In this document: positions 25,236-35,490 of the stretch, piece by piece
How the letters are laid out: the number at the start of each line of letters is the position of its first letter
How positions within the stretch are numbered: the first letter of the stretch is position 1
From: an uncultured Oscillospiraceae bacterium
GTDB lineage: Bacteria > Bacillota > Clostridia > Oscillospirales > Oscillospiraceae
Direction of reading: 5' to 3'
Length of the DNA: 64,000 nt
NCBI GenBank assembly: GCA_947624985.1
Contig: CANQMO010000012.1
Coordinates: forward strand, 19,549-83,548
Position numbers and translations under genes: made by a program
The notes under the pieces: model-generated
The model's input: the letters and a program-made list of their open reading frames with translations, nothing else
What the model was told of the DNA's origin: nothing
Databases searched by the model: none

Positions 25236-25939
25236 CAGTTTTCAAGGGGTACGGTGCCCCGGGTGAGGGCCTCCCACAGATCGTCGATGGCCGCCGCGCA
25301 GGCCGGGTCTGCCCGGCCGCCGGGGGCGCACCGGCCGATGTACAGCCCCTCCGGCAGCGTCTCGCCGCCCAGGTCCAGTCCCATCAGTACAGGGCAGTCC
25401 TCTATGGCGTAGACCATCTTCCGCCAATTCGCCGCGTCGTAGGCGTTCTCCTCGCCGGGGGCCGCGCCGTCCAGATAGCGCAGCGCGCCGGTCCGGCGCT
25501 GGAAGCCCTCCGGGTCGGCCAGGAGGAACAGGTTTGCCCCGCCGGCGTCATAGATGAAGCCGGTCATAAGGGTGACGCCGGCCATCTGCTCGTTCATATC
25601 CGCCGGGGCGGCGTCCTGCCGCAGGTCCACGGCGAACTGCTCCAGCTCCACCGTCGCTTTTCCGTCCCCATCCCGGTCGGGGCAGAAGCCCTCCAGCGCC
25701 TTTGTAAGCGCGGCGGCGGTGTCCGGCGGCAGCTCCTGAACGGCCGCATAGCCCACGCGCATGTCCGGCTCCTTTTGGCCAAAAAACTGCGCGGCGCATA
25801 CGACGCCGATGGCGGCCAGGACCAGGATGAGCAGTACCGGCTTCCAGTGATAAGTCCACCAGTTTTTGGCCCGCGCCCTGCGGGCGTTTTTTGTGCCGCC
25901 AGGGCGTTTGGCTGCCATAGACGCGCTCTCCTTTGCCAT
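25235..25939 (-). CDS. Membrane-anchored hypothetical protein (234 aa), last gene of the GH88 operon
   Basis: MAKESASMAAKRPGGTKNARRARAKNWWTYHWKPVLLILVLAAIGVVCAAQFF has a basic N-tail and a single TM helix, followed by an extracytoplasmic domain. Starts 9 nt after the DUF2264 stop. No family recognised. Confidence 0.5.
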   Translation of the reverse strand: MAKESASMAAKRPGGTKNARRARAKNWWTYHWKPVLLILVLAAIGVVCAAQFFGQKEPDMRVGYAAVQELPPDTAAALTKALEGFCPDRDGDGKATVELEQFAVDLRQDAAPADMNEQMAGVTLMTGFIYDAGGANLFLLADPEGFQRRTGALRYLDGAAPGEENAYDAANWRKMVYAIEDCPVLMGLDLGGETLPEGLYIGRCAPGGRADPACAAAIDDLWEALTRGTVPLEN

Positions 25940-25947
25940 GGGATCGG

Positions 25948-27678
25948 TCACTCCGCCCGGGAGGTGACCCAAGTCTTCAGCTCCGCCGTGCCGGGGCGGA
26001 TGTCATACCGCACCGCCGGGATGACGGTGTTGGGACTGTAAAGGCTGGTGTTGGGCCAGGCCTCCACGATGACGCCCTGGCCGCCGCCGGCCTGGGAAAG
26101 AACGCAGCAGGTGGCAGAGCCGTTGTGGGCCTCGGCTTCGACCCCCTCCGCCCGCTGGGCGAAGCCGGGGGCGAATTTGGGCACGGCGAAGCCGCAGTCA
26201 TAGGCGGCGCAGGCGATATCGCTCTCCACCCTATGGCGGCGGATATGCCCGCCCTCGCAGGGGATGAGCTCCGTGGTGACACGCACGCCGGGCATGGGCC
26301 GCCATACGCTGACGAGGCGGTCGGCATAGAGCTTGAAGCTCTCACTGTGGCGGCGGACGAAGGTCCAGCCCCCGTCCTGGCCCGGCAGCACGAAGGCCAG
26401 CATGCTGTCCGGCGCTGTCTGCTCTAAGTTTACATAACTTCTACTAGCGGAGAAGCCGAAGCGGGTGTTGTAGCAGAATTTGGCGTATTTCTCCGCGAAC
26501 TGGCCGTGCTCGGAATACTCCACCTCGCCGGCGGCGTAGGCGTTGAGCTGGCCGTCGGGCAGGCGCTGGAGCAGAAGCCCCGTGGAGGGCTGGGGGTGTA
26601 CGCCCGGGGCGGCGATGTCCGCCGGGAGCGGCGCGGCCTCGGCCCGCCAGAAGGGGTGGTCCTCCGGCAGGGCCAGAAGCAGGAAGCTCTTCATGCCCCA
26701 GTAGGGGCTGCCGGGGGCGTTGTACCGCTCGGACATGTAAAGGTCGGGATAGCAGTAACCGATGGTCAGCACCCCGTCCCGGTCCAGGATGGGCTTATCA
26801 AGCCACCACTGGAGATTGCGCACGATGATGCCCTTCATCACCGCCAGCGGCAGGGGCTCCAGCCCCGCCCAGATGCAGGCGGAGTAGAACGCGCACTGGC
26901 CGAACCGGTAGGTGAGGCTCCGGCCGTAGGGGAGGGCGGCGCCGTTCTCGTCGAACCAGGCGGCAAAGCTGACGCCGAACGCCATGGCCCGCCGGCGGTA
27001 TGTCTCCGCCCGTACTGGGTCGCGCTCCGCGGCGAACACGCTGTAGAGGATGCCATAGTATTGCAGGGCCCAGGGGATATAGTAGTCCTTCTGGGGCTTC
27101 TGGTCCGCCGGGCCGTCCGTATACCAGCCGTCGGACACGTACCAGCCGTCCATCTCCGCCAGGTCCTTTTCCACGGCCTCGCCGTCGAAGGGCATGCCCA
27201 CCCGCTCCAGGGCCAGATTTACCAGCACCCGGAAAAATAGCCAGTTGCAGTGGGGGACAAAGTGTTCATTGATGGAGTAAAGCCACCGGGCCAGGCGCTG
27301 CCTTGTCCCGTCGTCCAGGGGCTCCCAGACGATCTGGGGCACCTCTAAAATGGCGCAGGCGATGGCGGCCATCTCCACGAAGCACTGGTCGTAGTCCTTG
27401 GTGTCGCCCCAGTATTCCGGACCGGCCGGGTCGGTCCCGGCGGCCAGGCCCTTTTGGTAAACGGCCTCCATCTCCGGCCAGCGGCCGCCGCCCAGCCAGA
27501 AGGGGGCCAGGGCCCACAGGGGGCGGGAAAAGCCTTCCAGGCCGATGGCGGGCTTGTCATAAGTGACGCCGGTCTCGCCCAGCATCAGCCGCGCCCCGCC
27601 GGGGGAGTAGAGCCCCACCAGCGGGTCCAGCAGCTTGTGCATCAGGGCGGTAAAGTTTTTTTTATCGTTCAGCTTCAT
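25948..27678 (-). CDS. DUF2264 domain-containing protein
   Basis: MKLNDKKNFTALMHKLLDPLVGLYSPGGARLMLGETGVTYD..AIGLEGFSRPLWALAP... fits the DUF2264 N-terminal pattern as remembered. No signal peptide. Starts 6 nt after the GH88 stop. Confidence 0.7.
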   Translation of the reverse strand: MKLNDKKNFTALMHKLLDPLVGLYSPGGARLMLGETGVTYDKPAIGLEGFSRPLWALAPFWLGGGRWPEMEAVYQKGLAAGTDPAGPEYWGDTKDYDQCFVEMAAIACAILEVPQIVWEPLDDGTRQRLARWLYSINEHFVPHCNWLFFRVLVNLALERVGMPFDGEAVEKDLAEMDGWYVSDGWYTDGPADQKPQKDYYIPWALQYYGILYSVFAAERDPVRAETYRRRAMAFGVSFAAWFDENGAALPYGRSLTYRFGQCAFYSACIWAGLEPLPLAVMKGIIVRNLQWWLDKPILDRDGVLTIGYCYPDLYMSERYNAPGSPYWGMKSFLLLALPEDHPFWRAEAAPLPADIAAPGVHPQPSTGLLLQRLPDGQLNAYAAGEVEYSEHGQFAEKYAKFCYNTRFGFSASRSYVNLEQTAPDSMLAFVLPGQDGGWTFVRRHSESFKLYADRLVSVWRPMPGVRVTTELIPCEGGHIRRHRVESDIACAAYDCGFAVPKFAPGFAQRAEGVEAEAHNGSATCCVLSQAGGGQGVIVEAWPNTSLYSPNTVIPAVRYDIRPGTAELKTWVTSRAE

Positions 27679-27683
27679 GATGT

Positions 27684-28847
27684 TCACCAGTAAGGCTTCC
27701 AATCCCGGGTATAGCGGGTCAGGGCCTCCATGTAGAAGTAGTCGCCCCAGCTGACGCACTCGTCCACGCCCTCCTGGGTGCAGGTGTTATAGGGGCTCTT
27801 TTTGCTGTAGGTACCGTGGCGGACGAGGCCAATGCCGGCAGGGCCCTCTTTGACCGCGCACAGCGACGAGACGCTGGCCAGCATCTGACCGGCCAGAGTA
27901 CGAAAGGCCTCCGCCTCGTGGCTGGGGACGAACTTGGCCGCTTCCAGCAGGCCGCAGGCCACGATTGAGGCCGAGGAGGAGTCCCAGGGCTCGTCGTCGC
28001 CGGTGGTGAAGGTCATGTCCCAGTAGGGGATCATGTTCGCCGGTAGCTGGTCCAGGTAATAGGCCAGCACCCGGCGGAAGGCGTCCAGATACTCCGGCCG
28101 GCGGGTGTAGGTGTAGCTGATGGCCGTGCCGTACACGCCCCAGGCCTGGCCCCGGGCCCAGCAGCTGTCGTCCTTATAGCCCTGGCAGGTGACGCCCCGG
28201 ACGGGCGCGCCGGTGACCGGGTCCATGAAGAAGGTGTGATAGGTGCTGCCGTCGGGGCGGATGGAGTTGGCAAGGCAGGTGGACACATGCCGGTGAGCCA
28301 GGGCGGCGTAATGACCGTCGCCGCTGGTCTCGCTGGCCCAGTACAGCAGCGGCACGTTCAGAAGGCAGTCGATGATATACCGGTAGTTGTCGGCGGCGCC
28401 AAGCTCCCCCCAGGCCTGAAAGAAGCCGCCCTTCTCCTGAAAGCGGGTGCACAGCTGATCCGCCGCCAGCAGGGCGGCCTGCTTCGCCTTTTCGGAGCCG
28501 GTGAGCTTATAGGCGGACACGCAGCTGAGGCTGTAGAGAAAGCCCATGTCGTGGTGGTCCACCTCGATCTTGTTTTTGATGCGGTAGAGGAAGCTGTCCA
28601 CCAGCTTGAGGGCGGCCTGCTTAAAGACGCCGTCGCCGGTGTGCTCATAGGCCAGCCATATCTCCCCCGGCCAGAAGCCGCAGGTCCACTGGACGTTGTC
28701 GCAGGCGGGATAGATGTCGTTCACGCTGGAGTGGTTCTGGCAGCGGTCGGTGAAAAGGGGCAGGTTCTGCCGCACCAGGCCCACCGCCGTGTCCAGGGCC
28801 TCTATGGCCTGGGCGCGGGTGAGCGATGAATGGTCGAAAGCTTTCAT
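27684..28847 (-). CDS. Unsaturated glucuronyl hydrolase (glycoside hydrolase family 88)
   Basis: WTCGFWPGEIWLAYEHTGD, VDHHDMGFLYSLS, IIDCLLNVPLLYWA, DGSTYHTFFMDP.TG, ARGQAWGVYG, YWDM, DSSASIVACGLLE and WGDYFYMEAL all parallel the Bacillus sp. GL1 UGL sequence as remembered. No signal peptide. The track ORF extends upstream artefactually. Confidence 0.85.
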   Translation of the reverse strand: MKAFDHSSLTRAQAIEALDTAVGLVRQNLPLFTDRCQNHSSVNDIYPACDNVQWTCGFWPGEIWLAYEHTGDGVFKQAALKLVDSFLYRIKNKIEVDHHDMGFLYSLSCVSAYKLTGSEKAKQAALLAADQLCTRFQEKGGFFQAWGELGAADNYRYIIDCLLNVPLLYWASETSGDGHYAALAHRHVSTCLANSIRPDGSTYHTFFMDPVTGAPVRGVTCQGYKDDSCWARGQAWGVYGTAISYTYTRRPEYLDAFRRVLAYYLDQLPANMIPYWDMTFTTGDDEPWDSSSASIVACGLLEAAKFVPSHEAEAFRTLAGQMLASVSSLCAVKEGPAGIGLVRHGTYSKKSPYNTCTQEGVDECVSWGDYFYMEALTRYTRDWKPYW

Positions 28848-28927
28848 GGCGATCCCTCGAAAAAAAGGACGGGGACATGGGGCAGGTCTGAAAACCGCCG
28901 CGTGCCCCCGCCGGGTGTAAGTTGATA

Positions 28928-29791
28928 TTACCCCTTCAGACCCGTGGACGCAATACCCTGCACGAAGTATTTCTGCAGGGACAGGAACACGATCAGCACC
29001 GGTATCAGCGCGATGACCGACGCGGCCATGATGAGGCCGTACTCCGCGGAGTACTGGCTGATGAACATGCGCAGGCCGATCTGGATGGTCTTCAGCTCGT
29101 TCTTGGTGAGGTAGATCAGGGGCCCCAAAAAGTCGTTCCAGGTGTTGACGAAGGTGAAGATCACCAGCGTGGACACCGCGGGCAGCGACAGGGGGAGCAT
29201 GATCTTGGCGTAGATGCCGTATTCCGACAGGCCGTCGATACGGGCCGCCTCGCACAGCTCCGTGGGCACGCCCTCGTAAAACTGCTTCATCAGGAACACG
29301 CCGAAGGCGGAGAAGGCCTGCAGCAGGATGATGGCCAGATGGGTGTTATTGAGGTGCCAGGCGCGCATCATCATGAACTGGGGCACCATGTACGCCTGCC
29401 AGGGCACGGCGATGGTGGCGATGTAGCCCAAAAACAGGATGTTCTTGCCCTTGAACTGGAGCTTTGCGAAGGCGTAGGCCGCAAAGCTGGAGGTGAGCAC
29501 CTGCAGGAGCGTCACCACCACCGTCAGGAAGGCGGTGTTCTTGATGAAGGTCAGCAGGGGGATCCTGGTCCAGATGTCTATGTAGTTCTGGGGCCGGGGG
29601 TTGGAGGGTATCCACTCGATGGGGAAGGTGAACACGTCCTTGTTCATCTTGAAGGACGCCGAGATCATCCACACGAAGGGGACCAGCATCAGCGCGGCGA
29701 TGAGGATGAGCAGGATGTAGATGAACGTCATCGCGATCATGTTGTTGCGCTTGCGGGAGCTGTTTTTGATCATTGCAGTCGGTTCAGCCAT
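28928..29791 (-). CDS. Carbohydrate ABC transporter permease (MalG/YesQ-like)
   Basis: ...LMLVPFVWMISASFK..., the EAARIDG EAA-loop and six TM segments. Confidence 0.85.
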   Translation of the reverse strand: MAEPTAMIKNSSRKRNNMIAMTFIYILLILIAALMLVPFVWMISASFKMNKDVFTFPIEWIPSNPRPQNYIDIWTRIPLLTFIKNTAFLTVVVTLLQVLTSSFAAYAFAKLQFKGKNILFLGYIATIAVPWQAYMVPQFMMMRAWHLNNTHLAIILLQAFSAFGVFLMKQFYEGVPTELCEAARIDGLSEYGIYAKIMLPLSLPAVSTLVIFTFVNTWNDFLGPLIYLTKNELKTIQIGLRMFISQYSAEYGLIMAASVIALIPVLIVFLSLQKYFVQGIASTGLKG

Positions 29792-29810
29792 TTTTCAACA
29801 TCCTCCTTCC

Positions 29811-30737
29811 TCAATTCTCGCCGGAAGCGCCCTTGAACTGGATGAGGGTTATGATCAGCACCAGAATGAACAGGACCATAGAGATGGCGCTGGCATAGCC
29901 GTACTTGGGCGTATTCACGAAGGCCACGTTGTAGATGTCGTACACCAGGGTGATGGTGGCGTTGCCGGGACCGCCCTGAGTGATCATGAACATCTGGTCA
30001 TATACCTTGAAGGAGGAGATGGTCAGCATGATGACCACGAAGAAGGTGGTGGGGCGCAGCTGGGGCAGCGTCACGTTCCAGAAGGTGTGCCACCGGTTGG
30101 CCCCGTCCAGGCTGGCCGCCTCCTTCAGGTCCGGGTTGATGCCCTGCAGGCCGGCCAGGTATATGACCATGTAATAGCCCATGTTCTTCCACACGCTGAA
30201 CATGATGACGGTGATCATGGCCGTATCCTTGCCGGCGGCCCACCGGGGCAGATCCTCCACGCCCAGGCGGGACAGGATCATGTTGACCGGGCCCATGGAG
30301 GGGCTGAAGATCATGTTCCACACCGCGGCCACCGCCACCAGCGAGGCCACGTAAGGGAAGAAGGAGACGGTGCGGAAGAAGTTTCTGAGCTTCACGTTCT
30401 GGTTCAGCAGGATCGCCAGACCCAGGGAGCATATCAGCGTCAGCGGGACCGTGCCCAGGGAGAAGACGATGGTGTTGACGAAGGCCTTTTTGAAGGTCTT
30501 GTCGCCCAGCAGGTCCTTGAAGTTCTGCAGGCCGATGAACTCTATCTCATGCACGCCGTCCCAGCTGCAGAAGGCAAGCCCGATGGCGAACACCATGGGC
30601 ACCAGCGTGATCACGCAGAAGCCAATGAAGTTGGGCGCGATGAAGCTATAGGCGACAAGGTTGCTGCGAAGAGCTTTTTTGTTTTTATGCTTGGCCGCCG
30701 GCCGCGCGGCGACAGCGGTATTACTTGACATAGGCAA
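29811..30737 (-). CDS. Carbohydrate ABC transporter permease (MalF/YesP-like)
   Basis: ...LVAYSFIAPNFIGFCVITLVPMVFA... and the EAASLDGA EAA-loop. Confidence 0.85.
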   Translation of the reverse strand: MPMSSNTAVAARPAAKHKNKKALRSNLVAYSFIAPNFIGFCVITLVPMVFAIGLAFCSWDGVHEIEFIGLQNFKDLLGDKTFKKAFVNTIVFSLGTVPLTLICSLGLAILLNQNVKLRNFFRTVSFFPYVASLVAVAAVWNMIFSPSMGPVNMILSRLGVEDLPRWAAGKDTAMITVIMFSVWKNMGYYMVIYLAGLQGINPDLKEAASLDGANRWHTFWNVTLPQLRPTTFFVVIMLTISSFKVYDQMFMITQGGPGNATITLVYDIYNVAFVNTPKYGYASAISMVLFILVLIITLIQFKGASGEN

Positions 30738-30832
30738 CCTCCTGACTGGATTTCAGGAATGAAAGGAAGCGGGGCGGGCGTTCAGCCCGCCCCGCCGTAT
30801 CGGAAAAACTTGCCGGGGTCGTCCGGACCGGA

Positions 30833-32098
30833 TCAGCCGGCCAGGATGTCGCCCACCTGCTCGTTCATGTTGGCGATGCCCTCGTCGACGGTCTCAGCGC
30901 CGGTCATGATGGCGTCATGCTCGGTGTTGAGGACGGTCTCGATCTCGCTGGCCTTGTCGGTCAGAGGCATCTCCAGATACACCGCCACGGTGTTCAGAGC
31001 CTCCACGGAGGCCTCGTCATCGGGGAAGCCTTCGGTAGCGGCGATGATCTGGTTGATGTCGGGGGAGCTGACAGCGGGGAAGGTGCCGGTGTCGGCCAGG
31101 ATGGCGGCCGCGTCAGCGGAGGCGCACCAGTCGACGAAGTCGATGGCCAGATCCTTCTTCTCGGAGTTGACGTTGACGGCCAGGCTGGTCACAGTGCCCA
31201 GGGTGGTGCCGGCCTCGACCCCTTCGGGATGGGGATACTTGACCATGCCGAAGTTGACGGGCTCCACGCCGTTGGCCTCGGCCTCGGCGTTATAGGTCTG
31301 CAGGGTAGCCAGGAACCAGCTGCCCATGTTGCACATGGCGGCCTGGCCGTTCTCGAACACGCCGCTGTAGTGAGCGCCGCTGGTCTTGGCCTCGCCGTAG
31401 TCCATGACGATGCCGTCTTCCTGCTCAGCCAGGACCATCTCGTAGTAGGGCTTCAGGAAGTCATAGGTGCCGTCGATGATGGAGTGCTCGCCATCCAGGA
31501 TGCCGAACAGAGTCACGTCGGAACGCCAGGTGTGATAGTGGTTGCCGTAGACCTTCTCAGCACCCTCGCCGGAGGTCATCTGGCGGGCCAGAGCGTCGAA
31601 CTCCTCCATGGTCATGTCGTTGGTGGGATAGTCAACGCCCGCGGCGTCGAACAGGTCCTTGTTGTAGAACAGGACCCAGAAGTCGGAACGGAAGGGAACG
31701 GCATAGAAGTTGCCGTCGTCGGCGGTCAGCTGCTCCAGGATGCCGCCGAAGCTCTCCACGGGGGTAGTCAGATGGTCATTCATGGGCTCCAGGACTTCCA
31801 GGTTGATCAGGTTGGCATAGCCGGGGATGTCCTTGATGGACAGGACGTCCAACTCGCCGTTGCCGCCGGCCAGCTGGGTGGCCAGACTGGTCATGTAGTC
31901 GGTGGAGCCAAGGTCGACGATCTCGATCTTGACGCCCTCATGGCTGGCCTCATAGCCGTCGGCCAGGGCCTGCCAGTAGGCGGTGGACTCCAGGTCCCAC
32001 AGGGCCCAGGTCAGGGTCTCCTCCTCCGCGGCCATCGCGGGTGCTGCCAGGGAGAAGCACATCATCAGAGCAAGGACAAGAGCAAGAAGTTTGCGCAT
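30833..32098 (-). CDS. Extracellular sugar-binding protein (ABC family 1, YesO-like)
   Basis: GGAGG sits 9 nt before ATG 32098. Signal peptide MRKLLALVLALMMCFSLAAPAMA. It is the only secreted component of the locus. Confidence 0.85.
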   Translation of the reverse strand: MRKLLALVLALMMCFSLAAPAMAAEEETLTWALWDLESTAYWQALADGYEASHEGVKIEIVDLGSTDYMTSLATQLAGGNGELDVLSIKDIPGYANLINLEVLEPMNDHLTTPVESFGGILEQLTADDGNFYAVPFRSDFWVLFYNKDLFDAAGVDYPTNDMTMEEFDALARQMTSGEGAEKVYGNHYHTWRSDVTLFGILDGEHSIIDGTYDFLKPYYEMVLAEQEDGIVMDYGEAKTSGAHYSGVFENGQAAMCNMGSWFLATLQTYNAEAEANGVEPVNFGMVKYPHPEGVEAGTTLGTVTSLAVNVNSEKKDLAIDFVDWCASADAAAILADTGTFPAVSSPDINQIIAATEGFPDDEASVEALNTVAVYLEMPLTDKASEIETVLNTEHDAIMTGAETVDEGIANMNEQVGDILAG

Positions 32099-32386
32099 GG
32101 TGTTCATCCTCCAATTAAAATGTATTTTGCCAGCGGGCATGCCCGCCGACCCTTTCTGGTCCAATTTTAATGTATGATCGTGATAAAAAGGCATGGTATT
32201 TTTCAAGAAAAACCATATAATTTTTACGGTTTTGGCCGATTATTCCTGAAAACATGTAATATTTCTCGCAAAACCTGTAAAATTTTTGCTTCACCAAATC
32301 GCCCCGATAAAACGGGGCCCATTTTGTGCGCTTTGCGCAAGTTTTCCTTGACAGGGCGAGAGAAGGTACGATACCATAAAATTTAA

Positions 32387-34228
32387 ATGAGAACGCCAGG
32401 AGAGGGGAGGGCTGCCGCTGTGAACGCAGGCAAAAGGATGCGCCGGGGAAGCATCCAGCGGCGGGTCATCCTGCTGGCGCTGGTGTTCACGCTTTTGTCG
32501 GCGCTGGTCATCGCCGCGGGCAGCGCGGCGGTGATGGCGGCCCGGCTGGAGAGCACGGCCTTCCGCTCGGCGGAGTATGCCCTGCAGACCGCATCCTCCG
32601 TCGTCCGCGGCGGCATCGACGAGGTGGACGCCCTGGCCGCCTGGTGCTCGGCGGACCCCTCCATCCGCACATGGCTTTTGGAGGGCGGCAGCCAGTCCCG
32701 GAAGCAGAACGTGTACATCACCCTCTCGGGCAAATATAACTCCATGCGGGCCGCGCCCTATCTGCAGCACTTCATCCTCTTCAGCGCCGACGGCAGCTAT
32801 ATGAGCTTCGGTACCTACAGCAGCCAGATCGCCGTGGACCTGGGCAGCGAGCAGGCACGCTCGGTCCTGTCTGGCACCGGGGAGGAGACAGGCTGGCAGG
32901 ACATCGTGTCCGATCCGCTGGTGCTGGCCAGCCGTGCGCCCGACAGCATCCCTCTGGTCCGCGCCCTCACCAACGCGGGCGGGCACATGGGTAGGGTCTG
33001 CATCGGCGTGTCCCCGTCTCTCATCACCGACGCGCTGCGCTCCATCAGCCTCACCGACGGCGGGCGGCTTTACTGGAGGATGGGCGGCGCGCTCTACGCG
33101 GTGGAGGACGCCAAGCTCACCGAGGCGGAGCCCCTGACGGACCTGGAGGCGTACGCCATGCGCTCCGACGAGACCCTCTCTCCCGACACGGAGCTGTTCA
33201 AAACGGAGCGGGACGGCCAGGACCTGTATGTGGTGAGCCGCCCGGTGGGGGTGCATGACCTCTGGCTGGTGGAGACCATGCCCCGGCCCGTGTACGCCGG
33301 CATGATCGGCGCGCTGCTGCGGCCCGCGGCGGCCAGTTTGCTGGTGATATTCGTCCTGGGCGTGGTGCTGGCGCTGATGCTGCACAAGCAGGTGGCCGGG
33401 CCGGTGGTGGCGCTACGCCGCCGGATAGAGGCCATCAGCGCCGGGGACTTCACGGTAGACCCGGACCTGGAGTGGAACAACGAGCTGGGGGATATCGGCC
33501 GGGGCCTGAACCAGGTGTCCCGGAGCATCACCGCCCTCATGGACAAGCGCATCGAGGACGAGAAGCAGAAGCAGGATATGGAATACCGCATGCTGCAAAA
33601 CCAGATCAACCCCCACTTCATCTACAACGCTCTCAACAGCATCAAGTGGATGGCAGCCATCCAGCGCGCCCCCGGCATCGAGGAGATGGTGACGGCCCTG
33701 TCCCGGCTTTTGAAGAGCGTATCCAAGGGCAACGAGCGGCTGGTGCCGCTTTACGAGGAATTCGCGCTTCTCAACGATTATTTCACCATCGAGCAGTACC
33801 GCTATGGGGGCACCATCACCCTGGACGTGGACTACATCGAGGACGAGGCCCTGGCCCGGGAGTGCCTGATCCCCCGGTTCACCCTCCAGCCCCTGGTGGA
33901 GAATGCCATCTTCCACGGCATCGAGCCCAAGGGCCGGGCCGGGGAGATACGCCTGACGGTGACCCGGGAGCAGGAGAGCGGGGACGTGCTGCTCAGGCTC
34001 CACGACGACGGTGTGGGCATGACGGCGGAGCAGGCGGAAAAGGCTCTGTCTGAGCCCAGCCCGGAGGAGGCTGCCGCCAAATTCCGCCATGTGGGCATGT
34101 GGAACGTCCACCGGCGGCTACAGTATATCTTCGGGGAGGCCTACGGCCTTTCCATCGAGAGCACGCCCGGCGCGGGCACCACCGTCACGGTCCGGCTGCC
34201 TGGCAGGGAGGGGGAGGCGAGAGAATGA
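32387..34228 (+). CDS. Sensor histidine kinase (YesM-like: two TM helices, HAMP, His_kinase, HATPase_c)
   Basis: ...EYRMLQNQINPHFIYNALNSIKWMA... (His_kinase box) and LVENAIFHGIEP...DDGVGM. The exact start is uncertain (GTG 32420 or ATG 32438 are alternatives). Confidence 0.85.
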   Translation: MRTPGEGRAAAVNAGKRMRRGSIQRRVILLALVFTLLSALVIAAGSAAVMAARLESTAFRSAEYALQTASSVVRGGIDEVDALAAWCSADPSIRTWLLEGGSQSRKQNVYITLSGKYNSMRAAPYLQHFILFSADGSYMSFGTYSSQIAVDLGSEQARSVLSGTGEETGWQDIVSDPLVLASRAPDSIPLVRALTNAGGHMGRVCIGVSPSLITDALRSISLTDGGRLYWRMGGALYAVEDAKLTEAEPLTDLEAYAMRSDETLSPDTELFKTERDGQDLYVVSRPVGVHDLWLVETMPRPVYAGMIGALLRPAAASLLVIFVLGVVLALMLHKQVAGPVVALRRRIEAISAGDFTVDPDLEWNNELGDIGRGLNQVSRSITALMDKRIEDEKQKQDMEYRMLQNQINPHFIYNALNSIKWMAAIQRAPGIEEMVTALSRLLKSVSKGNERLVPLYEEFALLNDYFTIEQYRYGGTITLDVDYIEDEALARECLIPRFTLQPLVENAIFHGIEPKGRAGEIRLTVTREQESGDVLLRLHDDGVGMTAEQAEKALSEPSPEEAAAKFRHVGMWNVHRRLQYIFGEAYGLSIESTPGAGTTVTVRLPGREGEARE

Positions 34229-35490
34229 TCCGGGTCTATCTTGCGGACGACGAGCCCCTGGTCCTTATCGGCATGCAGGGGATACTGGACTGGCCCGCCC
34301 TGGGCTATGAGATCGTGGGCACGGCCTCCAACGGCGCGGACGCCCTGCGAGACGTGGAGGCGCTCCACCCGGACATCGTGATCACGGACATCATGATGCC
34401 CCTGATGGACGGGCTGGAGCTGGCGGAGACATGCCGGAAGAAGGACCCCACCCTGCCGGTATTCATCATCCTCACCAGCTACGAGCAGATCGACTACATG
34501 AAGCGCAGCATCCGCTTCGGAGCGGTGGAATATCTGAACAAGATGGACCTGACGGCCCAGAGCCTGAGAGCGGCCCTGGAGCGGGCCCGGAAGGCCGTGG
34601 AGAAGGAGATGGTCCTGCGGGCGCCGGCCGCGCCCCCGGCTGGGAGCGTGGAGATGTACCGGGAGCGGTTTTTCCTGCAGCTCTACGGCGGCTTCTTCAC
34701 GGAGCGGAAGGCATTTGATAGGGCGGCGGAGGAGCTGAGCCTGCGGTTCGACGCGCCCTGTTACACCGTGGCGCTGGCGGAGCTTCAATGCTCCGAGGAG
34801 GAGACGGACCGGTCCCCCGGCCTGAGCGCCGGCGTCACCGGCATGGCGGCCAAGACCATGCCCCGGTATATGCCCTGCTGGGTGACCGGGCTGGACCTGC
34901 GCCATTTTTCCGTGCTGATCCCCCTGCGGGACCGGCAGGGGCTGACGGAGCAGCTGAGGCCCGTGCTGGAGAAGACGGGAGAGATACTGTATAAATATTT
35001 CAGCACGCCCCTCTATTGGGTGGTGGGCCCACCGGTGACGGACATCCTCCAGGCCGGCCGGAGCCAGCAGACGGCCATGGACGCCCTGCCCCTGCTGGGG
35101 GCCGACAGGCCGGTCTGCTTCTGCCCGGACTTTCCCACCGGCTCTCCCGACAGCCGGACGAGGCTGGTGGCCCAGGCCCAGGAGTATATCCGCCGGAACC
35201 TGAATAAGCGGCTGTCCCTGAACGACGTGGCCGCCGCCTTCAATTTCAGCCCCAACTATCTCAGCCAGATGTTCTCCCAGAACGGGCGGAGCTTCGTGGA
35301 GTTCGTCACCAGCGCCCGGATCGAGGCGGCCAAGCACCTGATGGCGTCCACGGACATGAAGATATACGAGATCAGCGAGCGGGTGGGATTCGAGAGCGCG
35401 TTCTATTTCAGCAAGGTGTTCAAGAAGCTGGAGGGCGTCAGCCCCCGAGAGTATATGAAGAAGCTGAGGGGTCAGATCGATGATATGTGA
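34225..35490 (+). CDS. Response regulator with AraC-type DNA-binding domain (YesN-like)
   Basis: ATGA overlap with the kinase stop. MIRVYLADDEPLVLIGMQ...DIVITDIMMPLMDGLEL is a REC domain, and the C-terminus is HTH_18 (...LSLNDVAAAFNFSPNYLSQMFS...). Confidence 0.85.
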   Translation: MIRVYLADDEPLVLIGMQGILDWPALGYEIVGTASNGADALRDVEALHPDIVITDIMMPLMDGLELAETCRKKDPTLPVFIILTSYEQIDYMKRSIRFGAVEYLNKMDLTAQSLRAALERARKAVEKEMVLRAPAAPPAGSVEMYRERFFLQLYGGFFTERKAFDRAAEELSLRFDAPCYTVALAELQCSEEETDRSPGLSAGVTGMAAKTMPRYMPCWVTGLDLRHFSVLIPLRDRQGLTEQLRPVLEKTGEILYKYFSTPLYWVVGPPVTDILQAGRSQQTAMDALPLLGADRPVCFCPDFPTGSPDSRTRLVAQAQEYIRRNLNKRLSLNDVAAAFNFSPNYLSQMFSQNGRSFVEFVTSARIEAAKHLMASTDMKIYEISERVGFESAFYFSKVFKKLEGVSPREYMKKLRGQIDDM